Positions 28,329 through 38,942 of a stretch of DNA of 64,000 bases are shown piece after piece. This DNA comes from Acidobacteriota bacterium (lineage in GTDB: Bacteria; Acidobacteriota; Thermoanaerobaculia; Gp7-AA8). Made by a program: the position numbers and the translations under genes. Location of the stretch: positions 64,001 through 128,000 of the forward strand of contig JAFATB010000019.1 in assembly GCA_019244185.1 (NCBI GenBank). The letters are read 5' to 3'. Positions within the stretch are counted from its first letter, which is position 1, and each line of letters opens with the position of its first letter. The notes beneath the pieces are model-generated. The model saw only the letters and a list, made by a program, of their open reading frames with translations. It ran no database searches and was not told where the DNA came from.

Positions 28329-29866
28329 AACAACGAGTCCTCATCGCGGCAGTCGTCCTCTTCGCGTGCGGCACGCTCAGCGCGGCCAACGTGAAGAAGT
28401 CGTTCCGCATCGAGAAGAAGTTCACGCTCGCGCCGGGCGGCTCGCTCGTGCTCGACAACCCGAACGGCGACATCGAGATCGTCGGCACCGACGAGCCGGG
28501 CATCGACGCGATCGCGATGAAGACCATCGTCGCGCCGGACGCCGCGGGCATCGAAGAGGGTGACGACCAGACCGCGCTTCTCGTCGACGGCGACGAGCGC
28601 TCGCGCATCCTGCGCGCGACGAGCGGCCTCAATCGCAACCGCCGCTGGACGTCGTCCGTGGCGTGGCGCCTCACGATTCCGCGCACGGCGTTCCTGCGCG
28701 TGATCTCCAGCACGAGCCAGCGCATCCGCATCGACGCCATGACCGGCAGCGTCTTCGTGAAGAACTTCGCCGGCGACGTCGTGCTTGTCAACGACAGCGG
28801 CCAGACCACGGTCGAGAGCGTGAACGGCTCGGTGATCTACAGCAACCTCGAGCCGCACGGCAACGTCGCGCTATCGACCGTCAACGGCAACGTCACGGTG
28901 AGCGTCTCGCCCACCGCCGATCTGCGCCTCATCGCCGAGACGGTGAAGGGCGACATCCGCACGAACCTGCCGGCGCGCGGCAGCTTCTTCGGCCAGACGT
29001 ACCGCGGCAGCGTCAACGCGCCCGGCGGCCCGACCGTGACGATGGTGACGCTGATGGGGAACATCCATCTGATCGCCAACGGCACGACGCTGCAGAGCGC
29101 GCAGTCGATCCGCCCGCCCACGCCGGCGCAGGCGCCGATGTCGTCGTCGTCCGAGATCCGCCCCGCGGCGCAGCTGCCGCACGGCGGCACGTTCCACCAG
29201 CCGCTCGTGAAGGGCGTCTTCCGCTACGAGACAAACCTCGGCGACATCAAGGTCGGCGAGATCCAGGGCGACGCCTTCATCGCCACCGGCGCGGGCGAAG
29301 TGCTCCTCGGCGCCGTCAGCGGTGAATGCAACGTGAAGTCGTTCGGCGGACCGCTGCAGCTCGGCGAGATCTCCGGACCGCTCAATGCGACGACCAACGC
29401 CGGCGACATCACCATCGACGCCGCGCGCCGCGGCGGCACCGCGCTCACGCGCGGCGGCACGATCCGCGTCGGCGTCGTCAACGCGCCGGTGCGCCTCATG
29501 TCCGGCGGCGGCGACATCATCGTGCGCAACGGCGCCGCGCCGGTCAGCGCCGAGACGCGCTCCGGCGACGTCAACGTGACGCTCGAACGCGGCGCGCGCT
29601 CGCAGAAGCTCGATCTGAAGACCGACAAGGGGAACGTCTACCTCAACGTCACGACCGGCTTCGGCGCCGACGTCGAGGCGACGATCTTCACCGACGATCC
29701 CGCCGCCGACACGATCGTCTCCGACATCGCCGGCCTCACCATCACGAAGGAGCAGGTCGGCAATCGCACGCGCGTGCACGCCGTCGGAAAGCTCAACGGC
29801 GGAGGCGAGCGCGTGCAGATCGAGGCAACCGCCGGCGACATCCGCATCGCGTCGACGCCGCGTTAG
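28325..29866 (+). CDS. Secreted DUF4097 family beta-strand repeat protein
   Basis: Signal peptide; repeated [ST]..G[DSN][IV] strands in two tandem blocks. Confidence 0.82.
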   Translation: MKQRVLIAAVVLFACGTLSAANVKKSFRIEKKFTLAPGGSLVLDNPNGDIEIVGTDEPGIDAIAMKTIVAPDAAGIEEGDDQTALLVDGDERSRILRATSGLNRNRRWTSSVAWRLTIPRTAFLRVISSTSQRIRIDAMTGSVFVKNFAGDVVLVNDSGQTTVESVNGSVIYSNLEPHGNVALSTVNGNVTVSVSPTADLRLIAETVKGDIRTNLPARGSFFGQTYRGSVNAPGGPTVTMVTLMGNIHLIANGTTLQSAQSIRPPTPAQAPMSSSSEIRPAAQLPHGGTFHQPLVKGVFRYETNLGDIKVGEIQGDAFIATGAGEVLLGAVSGECNVKSFGGPLQLGEISGPLNATTNAGDITIDAARRGGTALTRGGTIRVGVVNAPVRLMSGGGDIIVRNGAAPVSAETRSGDVNVTLERGARSQKLDLKTDKGNVYLNVTTGFGADVEATIFTDDPAADTIVSDIAGLTITKEQVGNRTRVHAVGKLNGGGERVQIEATAGDIRIASTPR

Positions 29867-29998
29867 CCGGTGCAGCCTTCTCAGAAACCCCGTCGAGGGC
29901 AGCCGCACGTGCAACCTGGCTATGCCCTTAGCGCTGCCGGCCGCGCCGGCCGGCCGTGCTAGGATTCGCGGCCTGAGTTGAACACGAGGGGGTTGAAC

Positions 29999-30745
29999 GT
30001 GAAACGACTTCTGGTTGCCGTGCTGCTGGTGGCGGGCGTGGCGTGTTCGCAGCGGGGCGCGGACAGCGCCGCGCAGAGCGACACGGTTGCGACCGACACG
30101 ATGACGACGGCCTCGAGCTCCACCACGAGCAGCACGACCGCGGCGGCCGACACGGCTGCATCTGCGACAGCGACGGACACCGCCACGACGGCGGCCGCGC
30201 AGGAGAATGCGTCCATGAGCAATTACGAGAACAAAGTCGCCGAGCTCCACACCAGCGCCGGCGAGATCGACATCCGCTTCTTCCCCGACGTGGCGCCGAA
30301 CCACGTCAAGAACTTCATCGACCTCGCCAACAAAGGCTTCTACAACGGCACCAAGTTCCACCGCGTGATTCCCGGCTTCATGATCCAGGGCGGCGACCCG
30401 AACACGAAGTCCGGTGACCCGTCGTCGTGGGGCGTGGGCGGCTCGGGCACGAACGTGAAGGCGGAGTTCAACACCGTCTCGCACAAGCGCGGCATCGTCT
30501 CGATGGCGCGCGCGCAGCATCCCGACAGCGCCTCGTCGCAGTTCTTCATCGTCGTCGCCGACTCGCCGTTCCTCGACCGCCAGTACACGGTCTTCGGCCA
30601 GGTGACCAAGGGCATGGACGTGGCCGACAAGATCGTCAGCGCGCCGCGCGGTGCGAACGACCGCCCGAACAGTCCGACCACGATCGACAAAGTCGTGATC
30701 CGCGACGCGCGCGACGACGAAAAAGGCCCCGCGCCGCAGCAATAG
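29999..30745 (+). CDS. Cyclophilin-type peptidyl-prolyl isomerase, lipoprotein
   Basis: VAC lipobox, Thr/Ser/Ala linker, FHRVIPGFMIQGGDP, SMAR, SQFFI, YTVFG. Confidence 0.92.
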   Translation: MKRLLVAVLLVAGVACSQRGADSAAQSDTVATDTMTTASSSTTSSTTAAADTAASATATDTATTAAAQENASMSNYENKVAELHTSAGEIDIRFFPDVAPNHVKNFIDLANKGFYNGTKFHRVIPGFMIQGGDPNTKSGDPSSWGVGGSGTNVKAEFNTVSHKRGIVSMARAQHPDSASSQFFIVVADSPFLDRQYTVFGQVTKGMDVADKIVSAPRGANDRPNSPTTIDKVVIRDARDDEKGPAPQQ

Positions 30746-30752
30746 GCTCGTC

Positions 30753-31736
30753 GTGAGCTCGCTCCCGGAAGACGCGGCGCCGTTCCTCACGCAATGGCTC
30801 GGCGAGCGCTGGACCGCGCGCGCGCTCGCCGGCGACGCCTCGGTGCGCGCGTACTACCGCGTCCATGACGCGGACGGCCGGTCGTACATCCTCGCCTATT
30901 ACCCCGAGGAGGTGCGGCCGCAGCTGCGGCGGTTCCTCGGCGCGTACGACGCCATTCGCGAGCACGGCTCGGTGCCGCACGTGCTGCATCACTGCGAGAT
31001 CGCGGTGCTGCAGCACGACGTCGGCGACCGCACGCTCTTCGACATCCTGCACGAGGACCGCGAGGAGGGCGTGCGGCTCTACCGCCGCGCCATCGAACTC
31101 CTGGTCGCGTTTCAGCAGGCCTCCGAGCCGAACCTCAACGCCGCGTTCACGGCCGAGTTCTTCTACGGCGAGTTGGAGATGGCCCGCGAGTTCTACGTCG
31201 AACAGCTCATGGGCGCCTCCGCGTCCGGGCTCGAAGAGCTCACGAAAAAGCTGTGCGAAAATGTGGCCTCGCACCCGTACGTTTTATGTCATCGCGATTT
31301 TCATGGCCAGAATCTCCATATCGCCGATGACACGATTTACCTGATCGATTATCAGGATTTGCGGCAGGGTCCCGACACCTACGACCTCGCCTCGCTGCTG
31401 CGCGACCGCGGCGTCGCGCGCATCCTCGGCGACGCGACCGAGCTCGAGATGCTCGCCGAATACGGCGCGCTGACGGGCGCCGATGAACGCATCCGCGCGC
31501 GCTACTTCGAGACGCTGCTCCAGCGCTCGATCAAGATCCTCGGCACGTTCTCGAAGCAGCCGATCACGCGCGGCCGCATGCACTACCTCGACTTCATCCC
31601 GGCCACGCTCGACAGCATCCGCCGCTGTCTCGACGAACTGCCGGAGTACGCCGCGTTGCGCGACCGCTTCCCGCTCGACTTCTCGCTCGAGCGCGCGCGC
31701 GACCGCGCACGGGAATTGAACCAGTCCCTGTCGTAA
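30753..31736 (+). CDS. APH-family phosphotransferase (AmgK-like MurNAc/GlcNAc kinase)
   Basis: LAGDASVRAYYR, HRDFHGQNL, IDYQD..GP..YDLASLL.D. Confidence 0.82.
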   Translation: MSSLPEDAAPFLTQWLGERWTARALAGDASVRAYYRVHDADGRSYILAYYPEEVRPQLRRFLGAYDAIREHGSVPHVLHHCEIAVLQHDVGDRTLFDILHEDREEGVRLYRRAIELLVAFQQASEPNLNAAFTAEFFYGELEMAREFYVEQLMGASASGLEELTKKLCENVASHPYVLCHRDFHGQNLHIADDTIYLIDYQDLRQGPDTYDLASLLRDRGVARILGDATELEMLAEYGALTGADERIRARYFETLLQRSIKILGTFSKQPITRGRMHYLDFIPATLDSIRRCLDELPEYAALRDRFPLDFSLERARDRARELNQSLS

Positions 31737-31745
31737 GGAGCTTTC

Positions 31746-32774
<1,029 letters not shown>

Positions 32775-33172
32775 CCGAAGGTCCGCAAAAGGAACTGTCA
32801 GCCGGGATCGCGCTCTTCAACGCCGGTGAGTTCTGGCACGCGCACGAGGCGTGGGAACGCCTGTGGCTCGCCGCGAGCGGCGACGAGAAGCGTTTTCTCC
32901 AGGGGCTGATCCAGCTCGCGGCGGCGTATCACCACATGCAGCGCGGCACGTTCCGCGGCGGCGCGCGCCTCTTCCGCGCCGCACTCGAGAAGCTCGCGCC
33001 GTTCCCGGACGGGCATGGCGGCGTCGATCGCGCGGAAGCCGTCGAGGCGGCAGTCCGGCATTGCGCAAGTGCGGAACGCGGCCAGCCGATTGCCGCGGAG
33101 TCGTATCCGAAGCTGCGCTACAATTGAGAGCTCTCACATAGCCCACGGAACGCTCGCAAACCGAGGGGTGGA

Positions 33173-34186
33173 ATGCAGGACATCGATCAACGGGACCGGG
33201 AGCTGTTGTCCGCTCTGCAGGGAGAGATTCCACTCGTTTCCACGCCGTTCGCGTTTCTCGGACAGGCGCTGGACATGTCCGAAAAAGAAGTGATCAAGCG
33301 CACCGAGCGGCTCAAGCGCGACGGCATCGTGCGGCAGCTCTCGGCGCAGTTCGACCCGCGCGCGCTCGGCTATCGCTCGTGTCTCGTGGCCGCGCGCGTC
33401 GCGCCGCAGCGGCTCGAGGAAGCGGCCGCGGCGATCAACGCGCATCCCGGCGTCACGCAGAATTACCGCCGCAACAACGACTTCAATCTCTGGTTCACGC
33501 TGCACGTCGCACCGCAGTCGAAGCTCGGACTGGAAGCGACGATCGCGGTGCTCGGACGCGAGGCGGAATGCGACGTCGTGCGCCCGCTGCCGACGCTGCG
33601 GCAGTACAAGACCACCGACTCGGAGCTCGGCTCCGCGCCGGACGACGAGCACGCGCAGACGACGCAGCTCACGCCGCAGGAGACCGAATGCGTGCGCCTG
33701 CTGCAGCGCGATCTGCCGCTGCAGCCGCGGCCGTTCGATGCGCTCGCGCGCGTCAGCGGCATCGCGGCGGACGAGCTCCTCGCCGCCGCGCGCGCGTTGC
33801 AGAAGCGCGGACAGATCCGCCGCTTCACGGCCACGATTCACTCGCGCAAGAGCGGCTTCGTCGCCACCGCGATGGGCGTCTGGATCGTGCCGAAGGACGA
33901 AGTCGACGACTACGCCGCGAAGCTCGCGCAGCATCGCGCGGTGTCGCACTGCTATCTCCGTCCCGTGTACGACGACTGGCCGTACAACCTCTACACGACG
34001 GTGCACGCGCGGTCGGTCGACGAATGCGAGTCGGTGATCAACGATCTCGCGACCGACGCGGGGCTGCGGCAGAAGCAGGTGCTCTTCCCGGTCAAGGAGT
34101 ACAAGAAGTCGCGGCTCGGCTACTTCGCCCCTGAGGCGGAGGAGTGGGAGAACGCGCACGCCGCGCTCGCCGCGGCCGCCTCGTAA
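33173..34186 (+). CDS. Fused siroheme decarboxylase AhbA-AhbB (NirDL-like, two Lrp/AsnC-like halves)
   Basis: LQ.EIPL..TPF, HPGVTQNYRR...FNLWFT, LQRDLPL.PRPF, VSHCYLRP...WPYNLYT.VH. Confidence 0.85.
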   Translation: MQDIDQRDRELLSALQGEIPLVSTPFAFLGQALDMSEKEVIKRTERLKRDGIVRQLSAQFDPRALGYRSCLVAARVAPQRLEEAAAAINAHPGVTQNYRRNNDFNLWFTLHVAPQSKLGLEATIAVLGREAECDVVRPLPTLRQYKTTDSELGSAPDDEHAQTTQLTPQETECVRLLQRDLPLQPRPFDALARVSGIAADELLAAARALQKRGQIRRFTATIHSRKSGFVATAMGVWIVPKDEVDDYAAKLAQHRAVSHCYLRPVYDDWPYNLYTTVHARSVDECESVINDLATDAGLRQKQVLFPVKEYKKSRLGYFAPEAEEWENAHAALAAAAS

Positions 34187-34189
34187 GCG

Positions 34190-34504
34190 TTGTTCGATTC
34201 GGCGCGGCTCCCCGACACGAACGTCCGCCTGCGCGGCGCGGCGTTTCCACCGTTTCTCGGCTTCGTCCTGGCCGAGCTCGCGCTGACGCTCCAGCCGTCG
34301 CTGCAGGCGCGGGAGCCGGCCGCCGTCTTCTGGGCGCTGGCCTCGCTCGTCTCCCTCGGCGCGCTTGCCGGCGCTGTGCTGCTCGTGCGGACGGCGTTCA
34401 CGTCGAAGCTCCGCGGCCGCGCCATCGGCTGGCTGCTCGTCGCAGCGGTCATGGACTACGTCTGCGCGCGCCTGGCCATCGCCATGATCTTTCCGGCGTG
34501 GTGA
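34190..34504 (+). CDS. Small hypothetical membrane protein
   Basis: About three hydrophobic segments, directly after the ahbAB-like gene; start uncertain. Confidence 0.45.
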   Translation: MFDSARLPDTNVRLRGAAFPPFLGFVLAELALTLQPSLQAREPAAVFWALASLVSLGALAGAVLLVRTAFTSKLRGRAIGWLLVAAVMDYVCARLAIAMIFPAW

Positions 34505-34633
34505 GCAGAAGATTTTGACGCGTGCGGCGCGCTTCTCTCTCTACGGCCAGGCGGAAGGGCGTCTGCATGGAGCGGCATCCCGGAGGAAATGCCGATGAAT
34601 GACTGGCCGGAGTTCGTGCGGGACGGAGAGGCA

Positions 34634-34661
34634 GCATGCGCGCCGCGGGCGGCGCGCATGC
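34634..34661. terminator. GC-rich hairpin between convergent genes
   Basis: GCATGCGCGCCGC-GG-GCGGCGCGCATGC; no clear U-tract. Confidence 0.4.
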
Positions 34662-34710
34662 GGGAACTGACGGGTTGGGAGACGGTGGTGTTCGAGGTCG
34701 CGGATGCGGC

Positions 34711-34938
34711 TCAGGAGCCGGAGGGCGTGCTGCCGTCGTCCGCTTTCTCGACGGCGGCGTTCGCGCCCTGAAAGCCGATCTTCGAGTGCGTGCCGTCGCA
34801 GAACGGCTTGATCGTCGAGCCGCCGCAGCGGCAGAGCGCGCGCTTAGTAATCGGGACTTCGTTGCCGTTGTGATCGACGAGCGTGAACTCGCCGTCGACG
34901 AGGTAGGGACCGTTCTCGCGAATCTTGATGGTGACCAA
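34711..34938 (-). CDS. CDGSH iron-sulfur domain protein
   Basis: NGPYLV...ALCRCGGSTIKPFCDGTH; TTG start with AGGAG upstream. Confidence 0.9.
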   Translation of the reverse strand: MVTIKIRENGPYLVDGEFTLVDHNGNEVPITKRALCRCGGSTIKPFCDGTHSKIGFQGANAAVEKADDGSTPSGS

Positions 34939-34946
34939 TGGCTCTC

Positions 34947-35309
34947 CTAGAAAATCGGATTCTCGGCTTTGTGCTCGAAGTTCCACTTGTACACGTAGCC
35001 GGGGAACTGCACGGGAACGGTGTACTTCACGTCGACGCGGATCATGCTGTTGCGCCGTTCGATGACGACGTCGTCGTCGGTGATCGGCAGCTCGAGCTCG
35101 TGCGCCTTGTCCATGATCGCCGCGTGGATGGCGCGGTCGTCGTGGAGGCCGGCGGACTTTGCCTCGTCGACGACGGTGTCGCGCATGTCGGCCGCTTTCA
35201 CCTTGACGGGGATCATCTTGTAGGCGACGAGACCGGCGATGAGGAGGAGGACGAGACCGACCAGACAGCCGAAGTTTCCCTCTCCCCGTTCACTGCGCTT
35301 CCGCATCAT
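34947..35309 (-). CDS. DUF4845-like small membrane-anchored protein
   Basis: ERGEG followed by a TM helix and IP motif; typical position downstream of lepB. Confidence 0.65.
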   Translation of the reverse strand: MMRKRSERGEGNFGCLVGLVLLLIAGLVAYKMIPVKVKAADMRDTVVDEAKSAGLHDDRAIHAAIMDKAHELELPITDDDVVIERRNSMIRVDVKYTVPVQFPGYVYKWNFEHKAENPIF

Positions 35310-35345
35310 GCGACCTCCACTGTTCCTCTCGCGCAGAGTAGCAGT

Positions 35346-35933
35346 TCAGTCGAGCCATTTGAAGAGACGCAGCCCGCGATGCGCGCGCGCGTCGGGCGCC
35401 GCATGCTGCGGCGTCGAGGCGTTCGCTTCCGCGCCGGCCTCCAGCGTCGACGACCAGAGGATGAGGCGCGCGCGTCCGACGATCCGCTCGCGCGGCACGA
35501 CGCCCCAGCTGCGGCTGTCGAGCGAGTCGTCGCGGTTGTCGCCCATGACAAAGTACGAGTCGGCGGGGATGAGCTGCGTCTGGATCGCGCCGCTCGCGGC
35601 TTGGCGCAGCACGTACGGCTCGGAAAGCGTGTGGCCGCCGATGCGCACGCGTCCTTCGCGGCTGTCGACGAGATCGCCCGGCACGGCGATGACGCGCTTG
35701 ACCAGCAGCTCGTCTTCGGCGAGCGGCGAGTGGAAGACGATGATGTGGCCGCGCTCGGGCTTGCTGTCGAAGTAGCGGAAGACGACGATCTGATCGCCGG
35801 ACTCGAGCGTCGGCTGCATCGATGCCGAGGGAATCGCGTAGATGTGCGCGACCGCGCGGACGGCCACCGCGAGCCCGATCGCAATCGCGAGCGGCTCGAG
35901 GATCGTGCGCAGCAGGGACTTCGATCGCGGCAT
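35346..35933 (-). CDS. lepB: Signal peptidase I
   Basis: IPSASMQPTL (Ser), LVKRVIA (Lys), FVMGDNRDDSLDSR. Confidence 0.93.
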   Translation of the reverse strand: MPRSKSLLRTILEPLAIAIGLAVAVRAVAHIYAIPSASMQPTLESGDQIVVFRYFDSKPERGHIIVFHSPLAEDELLVKRVIAVPGDLVDSREGRVRIGGHTLSEPYVLRQAASGAIQTQLIPADSYFVMGDNRDDSLDSRSWGVVPRERIVGRARLILWSSTLEAGAEANASTPQHAAPDARAHRGLRLFKWLD

Positions 35934-35992
35934 GGCGCGGAGTTACAACGAATCGTCACCTGCGAAAGTTCCGCCTGCCGGCGAGAGCGCGC

Positions 35993-37663
35993 TCAGCGCG
36001 TCGCGGCGTGGAACGTGTCGCTCGCCGTGCGTTTCGGCGACGGCGCATTGCCGTGCACGGTCTTCACCGCGAACACCGGCATCTTCTGCTGCAAGCCCTT
36101 GAGCGCGAACTCGCCGAGCGGCTCGATCTCGAAGTTGCCGATGACGCGGTCGAGCGTGTGCTGCGAGATGACGAGCTGGCCCGGCTTGGCCACGCCGCTC
36201 TCGAGGCGCGAGGCGATGTTCACCGAGCTGCCGAGGACCGTGTAGTCGACGCGCTTCTCCGTGCCGACGTTGCCGACGACGGCGGCGCCGCTGTTGATGC
36301 CGACGCGGATGCGCACGACGGGGAGGTTCTCGCGCTCGCGCTCCGCGTTCCACTCCGCGATGCGCTCCTGCATCATGAGGCCGGCCATGATCGCGCGGTC
36401 GGCGTGATCGTCCTGCGGGATCGGCGCGCCGAAGAACGCCATCACCGCGTCGCCGATGAATTTGTCGAGCGTTCCGCCGTACGCGAAGATCGCGTCCACC
36501 GCCGCGGAGAAGAAGTTCGACAGAAACGCCGCCACTTCTTCGGGCGCCTTCGTCTCGGACACCGTCGTGAAGCCGGAGATGTCGGCGAAGAGGATCGACA
36601 CTTCCGCGGTGCGGATCGCCGTCTCGTCCGCGGCGACGACGCCCTTCACGATCTCGTCGATGACCGCGGGCGAGTGATAGCGCTCCATCTTCGAGCGGAT
36701 CTTCCGCTCCTGTTCGATCTTCTCGGAGAGCTGCGCGCGCTCGATCGCGACGGCCGCGAAGTTCGCGAGCGCGGTGAGCAGGTCGAGGTCTTCTTCGGTG
36801 AAGCGGCCGATGTGGATCGGCGAGTCGACCTGCACGGCGCCGATGACGCGCTGGCGGTTCCAAAGCGGCACGCACATCGCGGAGCGGATGCCGTGGATGG
36901 CGATCGACTTGCCGCCGAGGAGTCGCGCGTCTTCGAGCGCGTTCGAGGTCATCAGCGCGACCTGCTGCTCGGCGACCATCTTGAGGATCGTGCGCGAGAT
37001 CGGGATGTCGTGCGCGTCGGCGCCTTCGATGAACTTCGTCAGCTTCGGCACCGGATTGCCGCTCTCGTCGAAGAGGATGATCAGCCCGCGCTCGACCGGC
37101 AGGTACTTGAAGATCATGTCCATGACGATGTGCAGCAGCGCCTGCAGCTCTTCGGTCTGCAGCAGCGAGCGCGCGACCTGCACGAGCACCTGGAAGATCT
37201 TCTCGCGCGTCACTGACGGCTCGGGCTTGAAGCCGGGCTCGGAGAGCGGACGCGCGGCGGCGGCCTCCTGCACTTCCGAGAGATCGAGGCCGAACTCGGA
37301 GTTGAAATCGGAGATGCGGCGGATGACGGTGCCCGACGGGTTGTCGAACATCGATTCGCCGGTGAACTCGACCGACGGCATCGTCTTCACGTCGAGCTGC
37401 ACGCTGCCGATGAGGATCTTGTCGCCGGCGTTGATCTGCGACTCGGAGATGAGGTTGCCGTTGACCTTCACGCCGTTGGTCGACTTGAGGTCGATGATCC
37501 ACCACGCGTCGTGCCGCGCCTCGACGCGCGCGTGCCGGCGCGAGACGGAAGGGTGGTTGAGCACCAGATCGTTTCCTTCCGTGCGGCCGATCGACATGTC
37601 CTCCTTCAGATCGGTCACGCGCGGTACGCCGAGATCGACGTAGTGGATCTGGAGCTGGTCCAT
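35993..37663 (-). CDS. FHA-GAF-class III adenylate/guanylate cyclase
   Basis: FHA (IGR...VSRRHA...STNG), GAF (SAMCVPL), cyclase (LFADISGFT, DKFIGDAVMA, DYTVLG..VN.ASRLE). Confidence 0.93.
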   Translation of the reverse strand: MDQLQIHYVDLGVPRVTDLKEDMSIGRTEGNDLVLNHPSVSRRHARVEARHDAWWIIDLKSTNGVKVNGNLISESQINAGDKILIGSVQLDVKTMPSVEFTGESMFDNPSGTVIRRISDFNSEFGLDLSEVQEAAAARPLSEPGFKPEPSVTREKIFQVLVQVARSLLQTEELQALLHIVMDMIFKYLPVERGLIILFDESGNPVPKLTKFIEGADAHDIPISRTILKMVAEQQVALMTSNALEDARLLGGKSIAIHGIRSAMCVPLWNRQRVIGAVQVDSPIHIGRFTEEDLDLLTALANFAAVAIERAQLSEKIEQERKIRSKMERYHSPAVIDEIVKGVVAADETAIRTAEVSILFADISGFTTVSETKAPEEVAAFLSNFFSAAVDAIFAYGGTLDKFIGDAVMAFFGAPIPQDDHADRAIMAGLMMQERIAEWNAERERENLPVVRIRVGINSGAAVVGNVGTEKRVDYTVLGSSVNIASRLESGVAKPGQLVISQHTLDRVIGNFEIEPLGEFALKGLQQKMPVFAVKTVHGNAPSPKRTASDTFHAATR

Positions 37664-37674
37664 GTGAGCGTCCG

Positions 37675-37704
37675 ATTATAGCGGCTCGCGGACGCGGGTA
37701 TAAT
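37675..37704. promoter_or_regulatory. Back-to-back consensus -10 boxes of a divergent promoter
   Basis: TATAAT on - (37680-37675) and TATAAT on + (37699-37704), between the cyclase and PP2C genes. Confidence 0.6.
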
Positions 37705-37736
37705 GGCGGCTCCGCGTACAGTCGGATAGCTTCGCT

Positions 37737-38939
37737 ATGAGCGAGCAAGCATCGTCCACTCCATCCTCCGCGTCCTCGCAACGACGCCTCGTGGTTCGGG
37801 CCGCGTTACGGACGGACGTAGGTCTGGTGCGCTCGGAAAATCAGGATTTCGGCACCTACACCACGCCGGAAGAAGAGAAAGAAAGCCATCCGGGCGGACG
37901 TCTGCTCATCGTCGCCGACGGCATGGGCGGTCATCGCGGCGGCGCCACCGCCTCGCGCCTCGCCGCCGAAACCGTCAAAGCCCAATTCCTCGGCAGCGAG
38001 ACGCGCGACATCGCCACCGCGCTGCGGCAGTCGCTCGCGCGCGCGAACTCGCGCATCTACACCGAGGCGCAGTCGAATCCGGAGCTGCGCGGCATGGGCA
38101 CGACGACGTCCGCGCTCGCGGTGCGCAACGGCAAAGGCTGGCTCGCGCACGTCGGCGACTCGCGCATCTATCGCGTGCGTGACGGCGCGATTGAGCAGCT
38201 GACCGAAGACCACTCGCTCGTCGCCAGCATGGTGCGCGAGGGGCTGCTGACGCCGGCCGAAGCGGAGACGCATCCGCGCCGCAACGTGCTGCAGCGCTCG
38301 ATGGGCGTGGCCGAGGACGTCGACATCGACGTGCGCGGCCCGATCGAGTTGCGCGAAGGCGACACCTTCATCCTCTGCAGCGACGGCCTGCATGGACTAG
38401 TGAAAGAGCCGGAGCTGCGGGAGATCGCCGCGCTGCCGATCGAGAATGCCGCGGAAGAGTTCCTCAAACGCGCGCTCGACCGCGGCGCGCCCGACAACGT
38501 GACGGTGATCGTCGCGCGCGTCGAGGCTAGCGACGATCCGGGCGACGAGACGCTGCTCGATCACGACGACCCGATCGACGAGACGCAGAAGCTCTCGCTC
38601 GCCGATCACCAGCTCTACGACGAGACGCAGCGCGAGATCACGCAGAAGCTCGCCACCGCGGACACGACGAAAGTGGCGGCGCTCGCCGACACGCAGAAGA
38701 TGGTCGCGGTCAGCGTTCCGCCGCCGGCGCCGAAGCCGATCGCGCCGACGCTGGAGCTGCCGGTCGAAGACGCGGTGGACGCCGCGCCTGCACCGGCGAC
38801 GGCCGCGCCGCAGGGCGGCACAAGTCCGGTGCTGAAGTGGGCGCTCGTCGCCGTCCTCGCCCTCGGCGCCGCCGGCGCGTGGTTCTACTGGAATCATCAG
38901 CAGAGCCTTCCCGCCGCCGCGCAACCCGCCGCCCGTTAG
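37737..38939 (+). CDS. Stp1/PP2C Ser/Thr phosphatase with Thr-repeat tail and C-terminal TM
   Basis: TDVGLVRSENQD, VADGMGGH, GTT, HVGDSR, LCSDGL, DNVT; C-terminal hydrophobic helix. Confidence 0.93.
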   Translation: MSEQASSTPSSASSQRRLVVRAALRTDVGLVRSENQDFGTYTTPEEEKESHPGGRLLIVADGMGGHRGGATASRLAAETVKAQFLGSETRDIATALRQSLARANSRIYTEAQSNPELRGMGTTTSALAVRNGKGWLAHVGDSRIYRVRDGAIEQLTEDHSLVASMVREGLLTPAEAETHPRRNVLQRSMGVAEDVDIDVRGPIELREGDTFILCSDGLHGLVKEPELREIAALPIENAAEEFLKRALDRGAPDNVTVIVARVEASDDPGDETLLDHDDPIDETQKLSLADHQLYDETQREITQKLATADTTKVAALADTQKMVAVSVPPPAPKPIAPTLELPVEDAVDAAPAPATAAPQGGTSPVLKWALVAVLALGAAGAWFYWNHQQSLPAAAQPAAR

Positions 38940-38942
38940 CTC

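Noticed and set aside
33173-34186. Lrp/AsnC transcriptional regulator
   Set aside because: The tandem halves and SHCYLR/WPYNLY motifs match AhbA/AhbB (NirDL) decarboxylases instead.
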